The notes under the pieces are model-generated. The model was not told the origin of the DNA. It was given only the letters and a program-made list of their open reading frames with translations, and searched no databases. The position numbers were made by a program, and so were the translations under genes. A stretch of DNA of 64,000 nt from Malacoraja senta (Eukaryota): positions 25,050,001-25,114,000 of the forward strand of contig CM075987.1 of NCBI GenBank assembly GCA_038087875.1, written 5' to 3'. Shown in pieces: positions 25,327 through 38,355 of this stretch (its first letter is position 1; every line of letters starts with the position of its first letter).

Positions 25327-26050
25327 TTAATCACAATCACAATCAGACTTTATCAGCCAAGTATGTTTTGCAACATACGAGGAATTTCATTTGCCAAGTC
25401 AGTCATACAAATAAAAACCAACGGGACACACAAAATATATTTTAACATAAACATCCACCACAGTGACTCCTCCACATTCCTCACTGTGATGGAAGGCGAA
25501 AATAAGTTAAATCTCTTCCCTTTGCTCTCCCGCGGTCGGGGGCCTTGAGCCCTCCTATGATGGGACGATCTTGACTATGATAGTCGGCAGCGTTTTGGGC
25601 CCCCCTCGTGGGGGGCGATCAAGCTCCTGCATCGGGGGATGTCAGCTCCCCCGCATCTGGCGATCGGGGCTGGTCGAGCCTCTACGTTTGTCGGAGCTCC
25701 CGACTAGCCTCTCCCGTGGCTGCGAGCTCTTGATGGTAAGACTGCAGGTAAGGGATCGGCTCCGATGTTAAGTCCGCGTCCCGCGATGGGGCCCAAGGTC
25801 AGTCCGAGGAGGCCTCCAGCTCCATCGATGATAGGCCGCAGAGCCACCGGAGATGCGATCTGGAAACATCGCGTCTCCGGCAAGGTACGAAACTGAAAGA
25901 AAAAAAATCCCCTTCCCCCCGCCCCCCCCCCACCCTCCCCCCACATAAAACAAACCAGAGAACATTTACACAAACTTACAAAACGCACTAAAAAAATTTA
26001 AAAAGACGAAAAAACAAACAGACTGTTGGCGGGGCTGCCAATCGTTCGGT
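25327..26050 (-). mobile_element. Non-coding structured retroelement with Rex1-type tail
   Basis: Hairpins at 25847-25880 and 25455-25492; tail matches Rex1 ends at 32410-32460 and 48565-48610. Confidence 0.6.
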
Positions 26051-26302
26051 GCCCCTGAGCACATTGCCGTAGGGGACGGTTTCTGGTCATTGGAAGCATG
26101 TTTACAGACAGCACCCTTGTACTTGTAATCCCATGCATTGAGATGCTTAGTGTGCTGGTTGTATGTGGCTGCGTCAAGCTGTGCATTTTTGGGCACCGTG
26201 TTATAGGAGCGATGTTGTCAAGCTGGGAAGGGTTGCAGAGAGCAGAGAACATTTACGAGGATGTTGCCAGGACTCGAGGACCTGAGCTGTAGGGAGAGGG
26301 TG

Positions 26303-26437
26303 GACGCAAAATGCTGGAGTAACTCAGCGGGACGTTTCGGGTCGAGGTCTGAGGAAGGGTGTCGACCTGAAACGTCACCCATTCCTTCCATCCGGAGATG
26401 CTGCCTGTCCCGCTGAGTTACACCAACATTTTGTGTG
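26303..26437. mobile_element. Penelope-derived fold-back element
   Basis: Inverted arms with core CTGAGGAAGGGTGTCGACCTGAAACGTC at 26349. Confidence 0.65.
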
Positions 26438-26813
26438 CTACTATTCCTGTTCTGTAAATAAGGACATTAATTTGGGAAGAAAAATAAATCACAACCCGCT
26501 AGGGCCTAATGCAAAGTAGTTCATCACTAAAGTTCGATATCTTGCTCTGTACAGGCAAGCACAGGAAAAATTAAACGGTTGTTTTATATGACATTAGAGC
26601 CAGGAGACTCTAACTAATCATTTGTAATTGAGATCCCAATGGGAAGACCGCTTCCAAATGGCTACAAAGCTCAATTCTTTATGCCACACATTAAGCTGGA
26701 AGGAAAGGAACCAGAAACCTTTCCCTACTGCAACATGTTCAGTGTTTAAATAGTCCACTCGGGCTAAGACCTCACTGTAATAATCAGATCGATTTTATTT
26801 TCTTCAGATCTAC

Positions 26814-27295
26814 CGCAGCATGGTGGCACAGCGGTAGATATGTTGCCTTACAGCACCAGAGACCCGGGTTCGATCCTGACTACGGTTGCTTGTCTGCACG
26901 GAGTTTGTACGTTCTCCCTTCGACCTGCGTGGGTTTTCTACGAGATCTTCAATTTCCTCCTCATATCCCTTGATACGCCTACGAATCAAGAACCTATCAC
27001 TCTCCACCTTAAAAGTATCCATTGACTTGGCTTCCACAGCCGTCTGTGGCAATGAATTCCACAGATTCACCACCCTCTGACTAAAGAAATTCCTCCTCAT
27101 CTCCTCTCTAAAGGTACGTCCTTTTATTCTGAGGCTGTTCCCTGCGAGGCGCTGAATTGTTACTCCCCAAATTTGACTAAATCACTTGATGGTCACCCTT
27201 GTTTATTCAAGTTGAGACCCTTACGAATCAATCTCCACTTTAAAAATATCCATTGACTTGGCCTCCACAGCCTTCTGTGGCAAAGAATTCCACAA
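26814..27295. mobile_element. HE1-like SINE 5' part (+) abutting CR1 fragments (-)
   Basis: SINE head to about 26955; CR1 ORF end [19 protein letters not shown]. Confidence 0.75.
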
Positions 27296-27678
27296 TTATC
27301 CTCTTGCCCGGTCCAAATCCATTGTACCTTTGGTTGGCCCCGTCACGTTAATGACTCGTGGGTTCTCCCCAAACCAGAGAAAAGGTCTTATGAATCTCCC
27401 AGCGAAAGGTGAATGCCAGCCTCCAGCAATACAAGCCAGCTCTAATGTATACCAGTGCTCCACCGTGTGGCTTCCTGCCTGTACCTCCAACCAATCCATC
27501 ACACTTGCTGGAGGCCAAGAAATAGGCAGCAGAAAGTTAGCACACAACCTGAATCACTAACAACAAGCAGAACTAAACATGCCAGTATTTTCAGAGGCTA
27601 TCGAATTTACACTCCCTATTTTTTTGTTTCTTTCAGATCAGACTGCGTTCTCTCTGGCATAATAGTTCTAGGAGCAGA

Positions 27679-27827
27679 TTTAGGTCATTCGGCCCATCCA
27701 GTCTGTTCTACCATTCAACCATGGCTGACCTATCTTTCCCTCTCAACCCCAGAATGAGGTTGAGAGGGAAAGATAGGTCAGCCATGGTTGAATGGTAGAG
27801 TAGACTGGATGGGCTGAATGACCTAAA
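27679..27827. repeat. Inverted repeat of a CR1 3' UTR; 70-nt arms, 9-nt loop
   Basis: 27679-27748 is the reverse complement of 27758-27827 with about 3 mismatches. Confidence 0.9.
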
Positions 27828-28305
27828 GAACAATACATGATTACAATCGAGCCATTTGCAGTGGACTAATCAGGAATTTATCAATCTCCACCTTAAAAAT
27901 ATCCATTGACTTGGCCTCCGCAGCCTCCACAGATTTACCACTCTCTCACCAAAGCAATTCCTCCTCATCTTCTTTCTAAAGCTACGTCCTTTTATTCTGC
28001 GGCTATGGCCTCTAGTCCTAGACTCTCCCACCAGTGTAAACATCATCTCCAATATCCACTCTATCCAGGCCTTTCACTATTTGGCGGGTTTCGATGAGGT
28101 TCCCCCTCATCTTTCTAAACTCCAGCGAATACTGGCCCTGTGCCATTAAAGGCTCATCGTATGTTAACCCAATCATTCCTGGGCTTTTTTTTCGTAAACC
28201 GCCTCTGGACCCTCCCCAGAACCAGCACATCCTTCCTCAGATATGAGGCCCAACACTGCTCACAGTACTCCACATGCGCTCAGACCAGTGCCTTGTAAAG
28301 CCTCA

Positions 28306-28928
28306 AGGGCCTGTCCCACTTGGCGATTTTTTCGGCGACTGCCGGCATCATTGACTGACGTATCAGGTCACCGAAGACGTCACGGCGTGATGTGGCATGA
28401 CATGGCGTGATGCGGCGTGACGTGGCGTGATGTGGCATGACATGGCGTGATGCGGCGTGATGTGGCGTGACGTGGCGTGATGCGGCGTGACGTGGCGTGA
28501 TGCGGCGTGACATGGCGTGATGCGGCGTGACGTGGCGTGATGCGGTGTGATGTGGCGTGATGCGGCGTGACGTGGCGTGATGCGGCGTGACATGGCGTGA
28601 TGCGGCGTGACGTGGCGTGATGCGGCGTGACGTGGCGTGATGCGGCGTGACGTGGCGTGACGCGGCGTGATGTGGCATGACATGGCGTGATGCGGCGTGA
28701 CGTGGCGTGATGCAGCGTGACGTGGCGTGACGTGGCGTGATGCCACGTGACGTGACGTGGCGTGACGCGGCATGATGACGTATTGATGCGCGGTGTCTCC
28801 TCAAGTGTCGCAACATTTTTTTTTGTCGCCGCTGGATTTTGAAATGTTCAAAATCTTTCGGCGACCCTGATACGTCAGTCAATCACGCTGGCAGTCGCCG
28901 AAAAAAATCGCCAAGTGGGACAGGCCCT
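28306..28928. mobile_element. PIF/Harbinger-type MITE with an internal minisatellite
   Basis: TIR AGGGCCTGTCCCACTTGGCGATTTTTT at both ends; flanks TCA/TTA; same family as 23171-23416. Confidence 0.85.
28384..28775. repeat. 10-bp minisatellite GGCGTGA(TGC/CGT)
   Basis: About 39 tandem units; source of the spurious repetitive ORFs 28280-28882 and 28363-28773. Confidence 0.92.
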
Positions 28929-29469
28929 TTAGCATTACATCCCTGTTTTTATATTCTATCCCTCTTCCACTTGTGGAAACATCCTCTCCACATCGACTCG
29001 ATCCCGGACACAGTCTGAACAAGGGCACAAGTCTGACCCGATGCCAAAGGAAAAAGCAAAACATATCACGACTGCTCGAGATAAGGGCAACAAGTAGTGA
29101 AAATAGCACGGCAATTAACGAGGGCCCCGAGCAAACCGGCATCAGGTATGGGAAGGTTGGCATGCACCGAAGATGAGAAAATGGCAAACGTCAAATAAGA
29201 CATGACATTTAATAAAAAACTACTGACCTGTCAGCCAAACAAGTCTGAAAAGATGAGAGGGAGATTAAGGAGACCTTTGATCATATCTAATCATCAGGCC
29301 TGTTCATGAAAAACTGTTGATAGGTTGAGAACGGACTAACAGAAGTACTGACCTCCATGAGTATTAATATATTGACTTCTCTAACCTCAAGTAACCCTTG
29401 CTTTCCCTCTCTCTCCGTCCCTCCGCATCCTAGTTCTCCGACTACATTTAAATGTCTTCCTGAGTAAAT

Positions 29470-29830
29470 ATTAATAATAATAATAATAATAATACATTTT
29501 ATTTATGGGCGCCTTTCAAAAGTCTCAAGGACACCATACAAAGTTTAACATGTAAGCGGAATGAAATAAATATTAAAGACATCACGAGTACACAAATTAA
29601 AGCCAGAATTCAATCCAAAAACAAAAATCAAAAACACACTATGGAAAAGAGAGCAGCGGCTGCTAAAGCGCGCCAGCGTCCACTCTCCCTTCCGACCGCC
29701 ATCTTGGACAAAGACTAACATAGACACTACACATTACACACAAAATCATCCCCCCACAATGATTACCACTGTGGGGGGAGGCACAATGTCCAGTCCCCAA
29801 CCCCAGTTCAACCCAAAGTCAGGCCTATTT
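29470..29830 (-). mobile_element. Short non-autonomous elements nested in a Penelope remnant (about 29365-30520)
   Basis: Minus strand AAGATGGCGG start with an L2-like tail GTGTCCTTGAG...GAAAGGCGCCCATAAATAAA(TAT)n; adjacent hairpin at 29750-29778. Confidence 0.5.
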
Positions 29831-29956
29831 CCTGACTGTATGCGTCGTTGCCTCCTTCCCCTCTGCTAATAATGTATCATTCTACATGATCGTCGTCCCC
29901 TTTGATCTCTCTTTTTCCCACCTCGCCCTTCCATATCTCTATAACTCCCTCTCCCC

Positions 29957-30409
29957 GGAAAACATTAGGCTTGTCTCGGTAGAAAAAAAACAGATCAATT
30001 TCTCAAGACATGGACAGCCTTCACCGAATTCTTACAACAGCAGCATGATGCAACGCAAATTTAAATTTAAATCCGATGCTGGGTTGGGTGAGGTGGGCGA
30101 GGGGGGTGGGGGGACGAGGGGAAAGGTATATCTCCACCTTTCTTTTTCTTTTTTCTTATTTCTATATCTTTCGGACACACTACTTTGGTAGTTTAGGGGT
30201 CTTTCTTTTGTTCTTCTTCGATCTATCTTTTCACTTTCTACTTTTTTCCTTTCTTGTTTTTCTTTTTATTTTATTTTTTCATTTTCATAGTTCAGGTTAG
30301 AAGGTTAAAAATGAAGCTGTGCAATAATTGTATAATTGTAGACGCCGAATGTTTCATCTCTGTACAATTGCTTCTAATAAAAATAAATTAAAAATTAAAA
30401 ATTAACAAA
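29957..30409 (+). mobile_element. L1-clade 3' fragment
   Basis: 14-bp TSD AACTCCCTCTCCCC at 29943-29956 and 30410-30423; ORF2 C-terminal remnant (ENIRLVSVEK..FLKTWTAFTEFL); AATAAA and A-rich tail. Confidence 0.8.
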
Positions 30410-31114
30410 AACTCCCTCTCCCCTGACTCTCCGTCTGAAGAAGGGTCTCGACCCAAAACTTCACCCCTTCCTTCTCTCCAAGGATGCTGCCTGACCTGAT
30501 GAGTTACCCCAGCATTTTGTGTCTATCTTCCATGGGAACATGTTGTCTACTCATTCATTCATTCATTATTTTTTAATGATTTGTTCCTACTTATTAACTT
30601 CACCCGTACTAGCGACAGAAATTGTTTGCAAATGTTCTATGCTTCCCGGAGAGGGGGGGGGGGCAAAGAAAAAGCTGCCACCATCAGCTAAAGCTGCCTC
30701 CCATAGCCAAAGGGATTAGATTTATTTTAATATCATCGGCTTAACATTCTGCGCCAGATAATGTCATATTTATCGCAAGCTGTATTCAAATTTACTGCAG
30801 TATTCACTTGCACACAGCACCTGCTTGCTCCATAGACTGCACAAGGTCACGCCAGGCAGTATGAAGCGTTTCAGTACATGATCCAACATTAGCCACTGAA
30901 TGCTGATGCAGGATCAATTAAAGAATCGCAATGTGGACGTGCCACTGGTTCCCAGAGTGGAGGCGTTTGCCTGAATGTCCCCACCAATTACTGCTGTATC
31001 AGTCTGCCGCTCTGATACTGGACTGTTGAAATAGACTCTGCAGGTACATACACTTTGTTGGAAGTCCGTTTCCAAGTCCAACTCCTACTTCAAGCTAATT
31101 AGCTGGCACAATAT

Positions 31115-31522
31115 AGGGCCTGTCCCGCTTGGCGATTTTTTTCGGCGACTGCCGGCGTCATATCAGTGTCGCCAAAATGATTTTGAACATTCCAACAACG
31201 CTGCTTGAGGAAGATCCTGAAAACTAGCTACAGAGACCATCAGTTTGAGAATAAGGTGTAAGTCATTTAGAACGAAGACGAGGAAACACTTTTTCTCACA
31301 GAGAGTGGTGAGTCTGTGGAATTCTCTGCCTCAGAGGGCGGTGGAGGCAGGTTCTCTGGAGAGAGCTAGATAGGGCTCTTAAAAATAGCGGAGTCAGGGG
31401 ATATGGGGAGAAGGCAGGAACGGGGTACTGATTGGGGATGATCAGCCATGATCACATTGAATGGCGGTTCTGGCTCGAAGGGCCGAATGGCCTACTCCTG
31501 CACCTATTGTCTATTGTCTATT
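31115..31522 (+). mobile_element. Stack of fragments: Harbinger MITE end, RTE piece (31193-31241), CR1 3' end
   Basis: AGGGCCTGTCCCGCTTGGCG; CAACAACGCTGCTTGAGG as at 39562; CR1 tail as at 14440-14775. Confidence 0.7.
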
Positions 31523-32500
31523 ATCATCTCCAGGGACCTTAAATGGGAGGCCACCATCGACTCCATCAGGAGTGGGAAACCTTGTTCAGCATAGGAGCCA
31601 GGAACCATGTCTGTGAGTGGATGGCGGGCCACATCTATCGCCATAGTGTGACACTTGGTGATGTTTTTCGCATTATTTTTCACGTGTTTTTTCAATGAGT
31701 TGGCTGCAGTTCCCAGGTCGCCTGCGTGCCCCAGGACTGGCTGAAGTTCCCAGATCAGCTCGCGCCCAGGTGACTGGCTACAGTTCCCAGGTCGCGAAAA
31801 CTAATTGAAAAAAAATACGTCTGCGGGCCTGAGGATTTCGGATCAGATCCGGCGCCTGGGCTGCAGGATGCCAACCCCTGGACTACATAGTCAAAAAGGC
31901 CCAACAGAGGATGTACTTCCTGCAGCAGTTGAGGAAACACAATCTGCCACAATCAGGCAATGATGGTCCAGTTTTATACTGCCATCATGGAGTCTGTCCT
32001 CACCTTCTCCATCATGGTCTGGTTTGGCCCAGCCACCAAGCACGACACCTGGAGGCTGCAGCGAATCGTTCGATCAGCCGAGAATGTTGTTGGCTGCAAC
32101 CTTCCCTCCATTGACGAACTGTACACTGCAAGGGCCAAGAAGCGAGCGGGTAAGATCATCTCTGACCCCTCTCACCCTGGCCACAAACTCTTTGAAGCAC
32201 TTCCCTCTGGAAGGTGACTCCAGACTGTCAAAGCTGCCACTGCCAGACATAAAAACAGCTTTTTTTCCACCAGTAGTAGCTCTACTCAACAGCCAAAAGT
32301 CTGTAGCCTCCTTTTGCTCTGGTATTTTATTTCCTTCTTCACATGTTTAAATTATAATGTTTTATTCTTAATTGTCTACAGTATATCGTGTTGTTACTTG
32401 CGAGCAAAGCACCAAGGCAAATTCCTTGTATGTATACATACTTGGCTAATAAAATGTATTCAATTCAATTCAATTCAATTCATTCATTCATTCATTCATT
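31523..32500 (+). mobile_element. Rex1/Babar-type LINE 3' fragment
   Basis: KKAQQRMYFLQQLRK...HKLFEALPSGR; (ATTCA)n/(ATTC)n tail; sister copy at 47907-48617. Confidence 0.85.
31567..31880. mobile_element. Non-autonomous hAT-type element
   Basis: 8-bp TSD GACTCCAT/GACTACAT (31559-31566, 31881-31888); TIRs CAGGAGTGGGAAAC and reverse complement CAGGGGTTGGCATC; the empty site is visible in the sister Rex1 copy at 48042. Confidence 0.8.
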
Positions 32501-34678
32501 CAGTCAAACTTTAAACTGGTCAATTTTGAAACACGACCATGGTACGTCCACTTAATTGCAAAAAGGACAAGGTTGAATTAAAGCCTGCACCTAACCCACA
32601 ATTCGAAGATTCATCATTCCCAGTGCTACAAATGCATCTTGAACTGGCTTCTAATGCACTTGGCATTACAACCAGATAGATGGTTCCTTAAATACAAGTT
32701 GCAATAAATTCTACATTTTCTTTTGGAAGCATGAAGGACAAGATTACAAGATTAAATGCCGCGATTTTCATTTCTAAAGACATTAATTGAACTTGTATTT
32801 CAAATTTAGAGTCATTAACAATACAGCGGACAGCCAACCTTTTTAACAATTCACCTCCACAGCAGTTTCGCCAGCTGCAGAGAGATTTAACTGCGGAATA
32901 TTATGTTTAGCAAGGACTTAAAGTGCCCTGCCAAAAGAATTTGGGATAAAAAAACTGACTGGAACACCAAATGTGCCTCATGCATCCAATCAGTCTTGTA
33001 AATCAGACTAGCTTTAAGCTGTTACATTGCTAAGACGCTTTTCGAGTAAGCAACAGATATTTGATGCTATTCACCAATATCTGGAGAACCGTAAAAGATA
33101 CAGCAGGTTTAGATGGAGGCAACAGATTACACACAATTCCTTTTTGAAGCGATTCTCAGATTGCTTCAAACTGCAAGGGAGGTGGAAGATTAAAATCAAG
33201 GAAAGTTCATGAAGATAATTAACTACGGGAGACCCAAACTGAGCCAGAAGGCAAGGTCTTACAAAAGTGAGGCAGATATATTCCAAAGCTTATAATACGA
33301 TAAACCTACCCATGTGTTGGCCCCGACGCATATCTTTGGATGCAGGTTCTTAAAAAATTAATGCAACATGAGAAAAGACAGAGCAATTAACAGGACACGG
33401 AGAAATGTTAGGTATGAAACTTGGATTATATTTGATAGGATTCCTACGCAGCGACAATGTTAGGCCTAATATCGTCTGATTTCGGGGAGAAAAAGACCCA
33501 TGGTCCTCATGAATATTCACTCAAAGCAACATCAATATTCAAAGCCACGTGGCATTATTGACATAAAGGAGTTACAACAGGTTTCTGAATCACTCAGAAT
33601 ATTTATGATATCCAAGTATCTCAGTCCCGGTGGAAACAAACTTAATATCACACTCAAATATTTTTTCAATGCGCTTTTCAATGAGCAAAATATTCCTCAA
33701 TTAGACACAAAAAGCTGGAGTAACTCGGCGGGACAGGCGGCATCTCTGGAGAGAGGGAATGAGTGACGTTTCTGGTCGAGACCCTTCTTCCTTCTTCACA
33801 GCCAGAGGACATCCACACGGTCACGGGGAGAAGGTACAAAGACTGTACAGACAGCACCCCTAGTCAGGATCGAACCTGGGTCTCTGGCGCTGGAGGCCTG
33901 GAGAAAAGTGCCAACTCCACATAGATTGAATCTGGGTCTCTGGCGCAGTGAGGCAGCAACCCTACAAGCTGCAGCACTGTGTCTGCATCCAATCCACAAC
34001 TTTAATTTCAAGCTTCTTGTCCCTACACGACATCGCACGGCTCTGCGATTTCTCCACCATCCTACGTCATTTCCACAAGGTCTCATATATCAAGCAGCTG
34101 ATCCTTTTCTATTCCGGCACTGGGACCATTGAATGATTTGCAATCGATAACAATTCCTGTCCCAATTGTAACCTAAAATATCAGCTCGCGTTTTAGAACA
34201 GCACCAGCCGCCGTTTCAATCACAGCTGTGAAGCTCGGAGAGCGACAATGGAATGTGACAGCTCGCATCGTTATAAATTTTCACGTTAACATGATGAGCC
34301 TCAAAGCAGTGCTTAGGACAAGGTCAGATGCAAGATTCTTGCAGGAGTGCAGTGCACAAACCCTCACAATGAAAATCAACAATGAAGCTACAGGAGCTCA
34401 TTTCAGCAGCGGCACAAACATTCAACTTGTTCGCCAACGCTCTCTCACATTGCGTCCCTGTCAATTCCCAGAGATAAGTCTTTCTATTTGGACAAGTTTT
34501 GTTCAACTATTCCTTATCTATCCCACCATATTGACAGGCGGTACATGGGGAGGTTGAGCTGAAAGCATTGTGCCCTTGGTATGGAAACTGCAATCTTCAG
34601 AACACCACGGTCTCACAAGTGTTTGGTGACCAGAAATTTACAACAATGACATGCATCCTTTTGCTGGTCAAAAAGGAA

Positions 34679-34960
34679 GCAGGCCCTTCAGCCCACCGGT
34701 TCCGCTCCGACCAGCCATCCCCGCACACTTAACGCTATCCTACACAACGGGGACAATCTACAATTTTTACCGTAGTCAATTAACCTGCAAACGTGCACGT
34801 CCTTGGAGTGTGGGAGGAGCCCGGGGCACCCGGAGAAAACCCACATGTTCACGGGAACAACATACATACTCTGTGCAGACAAGCACCCGTAGTCAGGATC
34901 GAACGCGGGTCTCTGGCGCTGTAAGGCAGCAACTCTACCGCTGCGCCATCCCCGCCACCC
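34679..34960 (-). mobile_element. HE1-like V-SINE
   Basis: Reverse-complement consensus. Confidence 0.85.
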
Positions 34961-35029
34961 CTGAGATTGGCCTCATTCTGCGTCAATCTCGCTCAAATGA
35001 TGCAATATTAATAATAATTGAGGTGCAAA

Positions 35030-35345
35030 AAATCATGAGAGGGATAGATCAGGTAGACTATTCTCCAGAGTCGGGGAATCGAGAACCAGAGGGCATCGGT
35101 TTAAGGTGAAGGGGGAAAGATTTAATAGAAATCTGAGGGTTACTCTTTTTCCACACAGAGGGCGGTGGGTGTATGGAACAAGCTGCCGGAGGAGGTAGTT
35201 GAGGCAGGGTCTCTTGCAATGCTTAAGAAACAATTAGACAGGTTTAGAGGGATATGGGCCAAAAGCAAGCAGGTGGGACTAATGTAGATGGGGTCGGTGT
35301 GGGCAAGTTGGGCCGAAGGGCCAGTTTCCACACTGCATGACTCTG
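35030..35345 (+). mobile_element. CR1 (HER1-like) 3' end
   Basis: Tail GGGCCGAAGGGCCAGTTTCCACACTGCATGACTCT. Confidence 0.8.
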
Positions 35346-35513
35346 TTCTCTAATAAGGAAACTCGACCATTGCAGAACCATGTCTCAAAAAAACCCAAAG
35401 GATGAAAACAAAATGGAGCCATAGCAACAGTACCGTGTACCAACTTAATGCCCGTAAATTCACTTCAATACCTCCGGACCAAAAACGGACACACTTTTAC
35501 AGTGAACCTCGAA

Positions 35514-36128
35514 CTGCGGCACAGAGTTGCTGCCTTACAGCGTCAGAGACTCGGGTTCAATCCCGACAACGGGTGCTGTCTGTACGGAGTTTGTACGTTC
35601 TCCCTGTGACATGCATACGTTTTTTTCCGGGATCTTCAGTTTCCTCCCACACTCCAAAGACATGCAGGTTTGGAGAGCTAATTGGCTTGGTAAATTTGTG
35701 AAATGTCCCTCGAGTGATAGTGCTAGTTTAGTTGAGTTTTTTTTTATAGAGATACTGCGCAGAAACAGGCCCTTCGGCCCACCAGGTCCGCGCCGACCAG
35801 CGATCCACGCACATTAACACCATCCTACAGCCACTAGGGACAGTTTTTACATTTACCAAACCAATCAACCTACAAACCTGCACGTCTTTAGAGTGTGGGA
35901 GGAAACCGAAGATCTCGGAGAAAACCCACGTGGGTCACGGGGAGAACGCGCAAACTCCGTACAGACAGCACCCGTAGTCTGGATCGAACCCGGGTGTCCG
36001 GCGCTGCAAAAGGTGCAAGGCAGCAACTCTACCGCTGCTCCACCGTGCGGGTGTGCGGGGATCGCTAGTCGCCACTGACTCGGTGGGCCGAAGGGCCTGT
36101 ATCCACGCTGTATCTCTAAACTAAACTA
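35514..36128. mobile_element. HE1-like SINE (+) with an antisense SINE (35747-36047) nested in it
   Basis: The + copy breaks at about 35730 and its tail resumes at about 36050. Confidence 0.8.
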
Positions 36129-36479
36129 TGACGTACTCGCACTGCAGCTGAAAGTGCACCTGAACATTTTTGTTCCTGAAACACCTTCCTGGTGCGTTTT
36201 CAGAACCACTGCGAATTTTACTTAATGCATGAAAAACAGGTGAAACCTTGCATTTCTATCTTCGGTTTAATGATGCTATAAACGTCTCTGCGCAGAAATG
36301 TCAGATTTCTTTCAAACACCAAGTAGGCAGTCAAGGTAAAGTCAATTTAACATTAATCTGCGAAGCCATATGCTCCTTACTTTCTGGTAACTGAGCACTA
36401 AATAGAAAAACAGAATACTAAAGTGCCCGATGTTTCATTAAGTATGTACCTTTTTCATTTCACCTACATCAGTTCACAA

Positions 36480-37185
<706 letters not shown>

Positions 37186-38355
37186 AATTTGAGTGACTGG
37201 TCCAATTTATTTCTCCCCTCAAAGCAAAGAGTAATGAAGGAAACAACACACCAGATATGTGACATCAATGACATTGATGTTTCCCTTCAAGTTAAAAGAG
37301 CTTGAGTCCGGAGACTATGAGGAGTCGTCAGCTCCAGGCCAATCAAATATTCTTGATCAATCAAATAATTGAACAAATCTCAAAAGCATTTTGACTTTAA
37401 TGATTGTTTAACGACATAGAACGATTCAATGTGGTTGAGAGAGAAGGATAAGGTCATAAGGTCATGTGATTGGAGTAGAATTAGGCCATTCTGCCCATCA
37501 AGTCTACTCCACCATTCAATCATGGCTGATTTATCTCTCCCTCCTATCCCCATTCTGCTGCCTTCTCCTTATAACTCCTGACATGGATAGATCAGCCATG
37601 ATTGAATGGCGGAATAGACTTGATGGGCTGAATGGCCCAATTCTCTCCCTATCCCTTATGACCATGTGAGGTTTTCAGGTGCAGTGCTCAGAGATTAGTA
37701 CAGGTGTTAGGGGTTATGAGTGGAATGGGGTTAAGAGGGAAAGATAGATCAGCCATGATTGAATGGCAGAGTAGACTTGATGGGCCGAATGGCCTAATTC
37801 TGCTCGTAGAATTTATGACCTTATGATTCTTGCGAAGACATTAAGGAGAATACTCGAAGCAAAGTTTGAGCAGTTTACCTTTGAAGGTCCATTATAACTG
37901 ACATGGTTCTTGCAGAATAATTGCATCCTGAGATCCCAGACTGAGCAAAACCAAAGTCAAAATGCAGCTTTAAATGCAAAAGGAGGTGAAAAAATGATTG
38001 CCGTCTCTGACCTGAATGGAAGACAGATGTGTGGGGAGAGAGAGAGAGAGATTGTGGGGAGTCTGTTAAACAATGCCAAAGCCAGGGAAAGTTAAGCGCA
38101 CCGCATAAGATATTCAATCCCAGGCTCTGATGATGTCAGAAAGTAGGACCAATTATACTTGCACTCAATGAGGATGCTTAACTCTCTGAAAGCAGTAACA
38201 ATTCCTTCCAGAGGTAATTATAGGTAATAAAGGTGAGAATATTTGGCACCAAAGGGCAAAAGGCTGGTGGGTGTATGGAATGAGCTGCCAAAGGAGGTAG
38301 TTGAGGCAGGGACTATCCCAACATTTAAGAAACAATCAGACATGTACATGGATAG

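Larger units (their letters stand above)
27870..28990 (-). mobile_element. CR1 RT fragment hosting a MITE
   Basis: CR1 sequence AAGCCTCA|GCATTACATCCC is interrupted at 28306. Confidence 0.75.

Noticed and set aside
28384..28775. CRISPR-like or other prokaryotic array
   Set aside because: Tandem units without spacers; the context is vertebrate, with no cas or operon-like genes.
28280..28882. 200-aa and 136-aa repetitive His/Arg-rich ORFs
   Set aside because: Translation of the 10-bp minisatellite inside a MITE.
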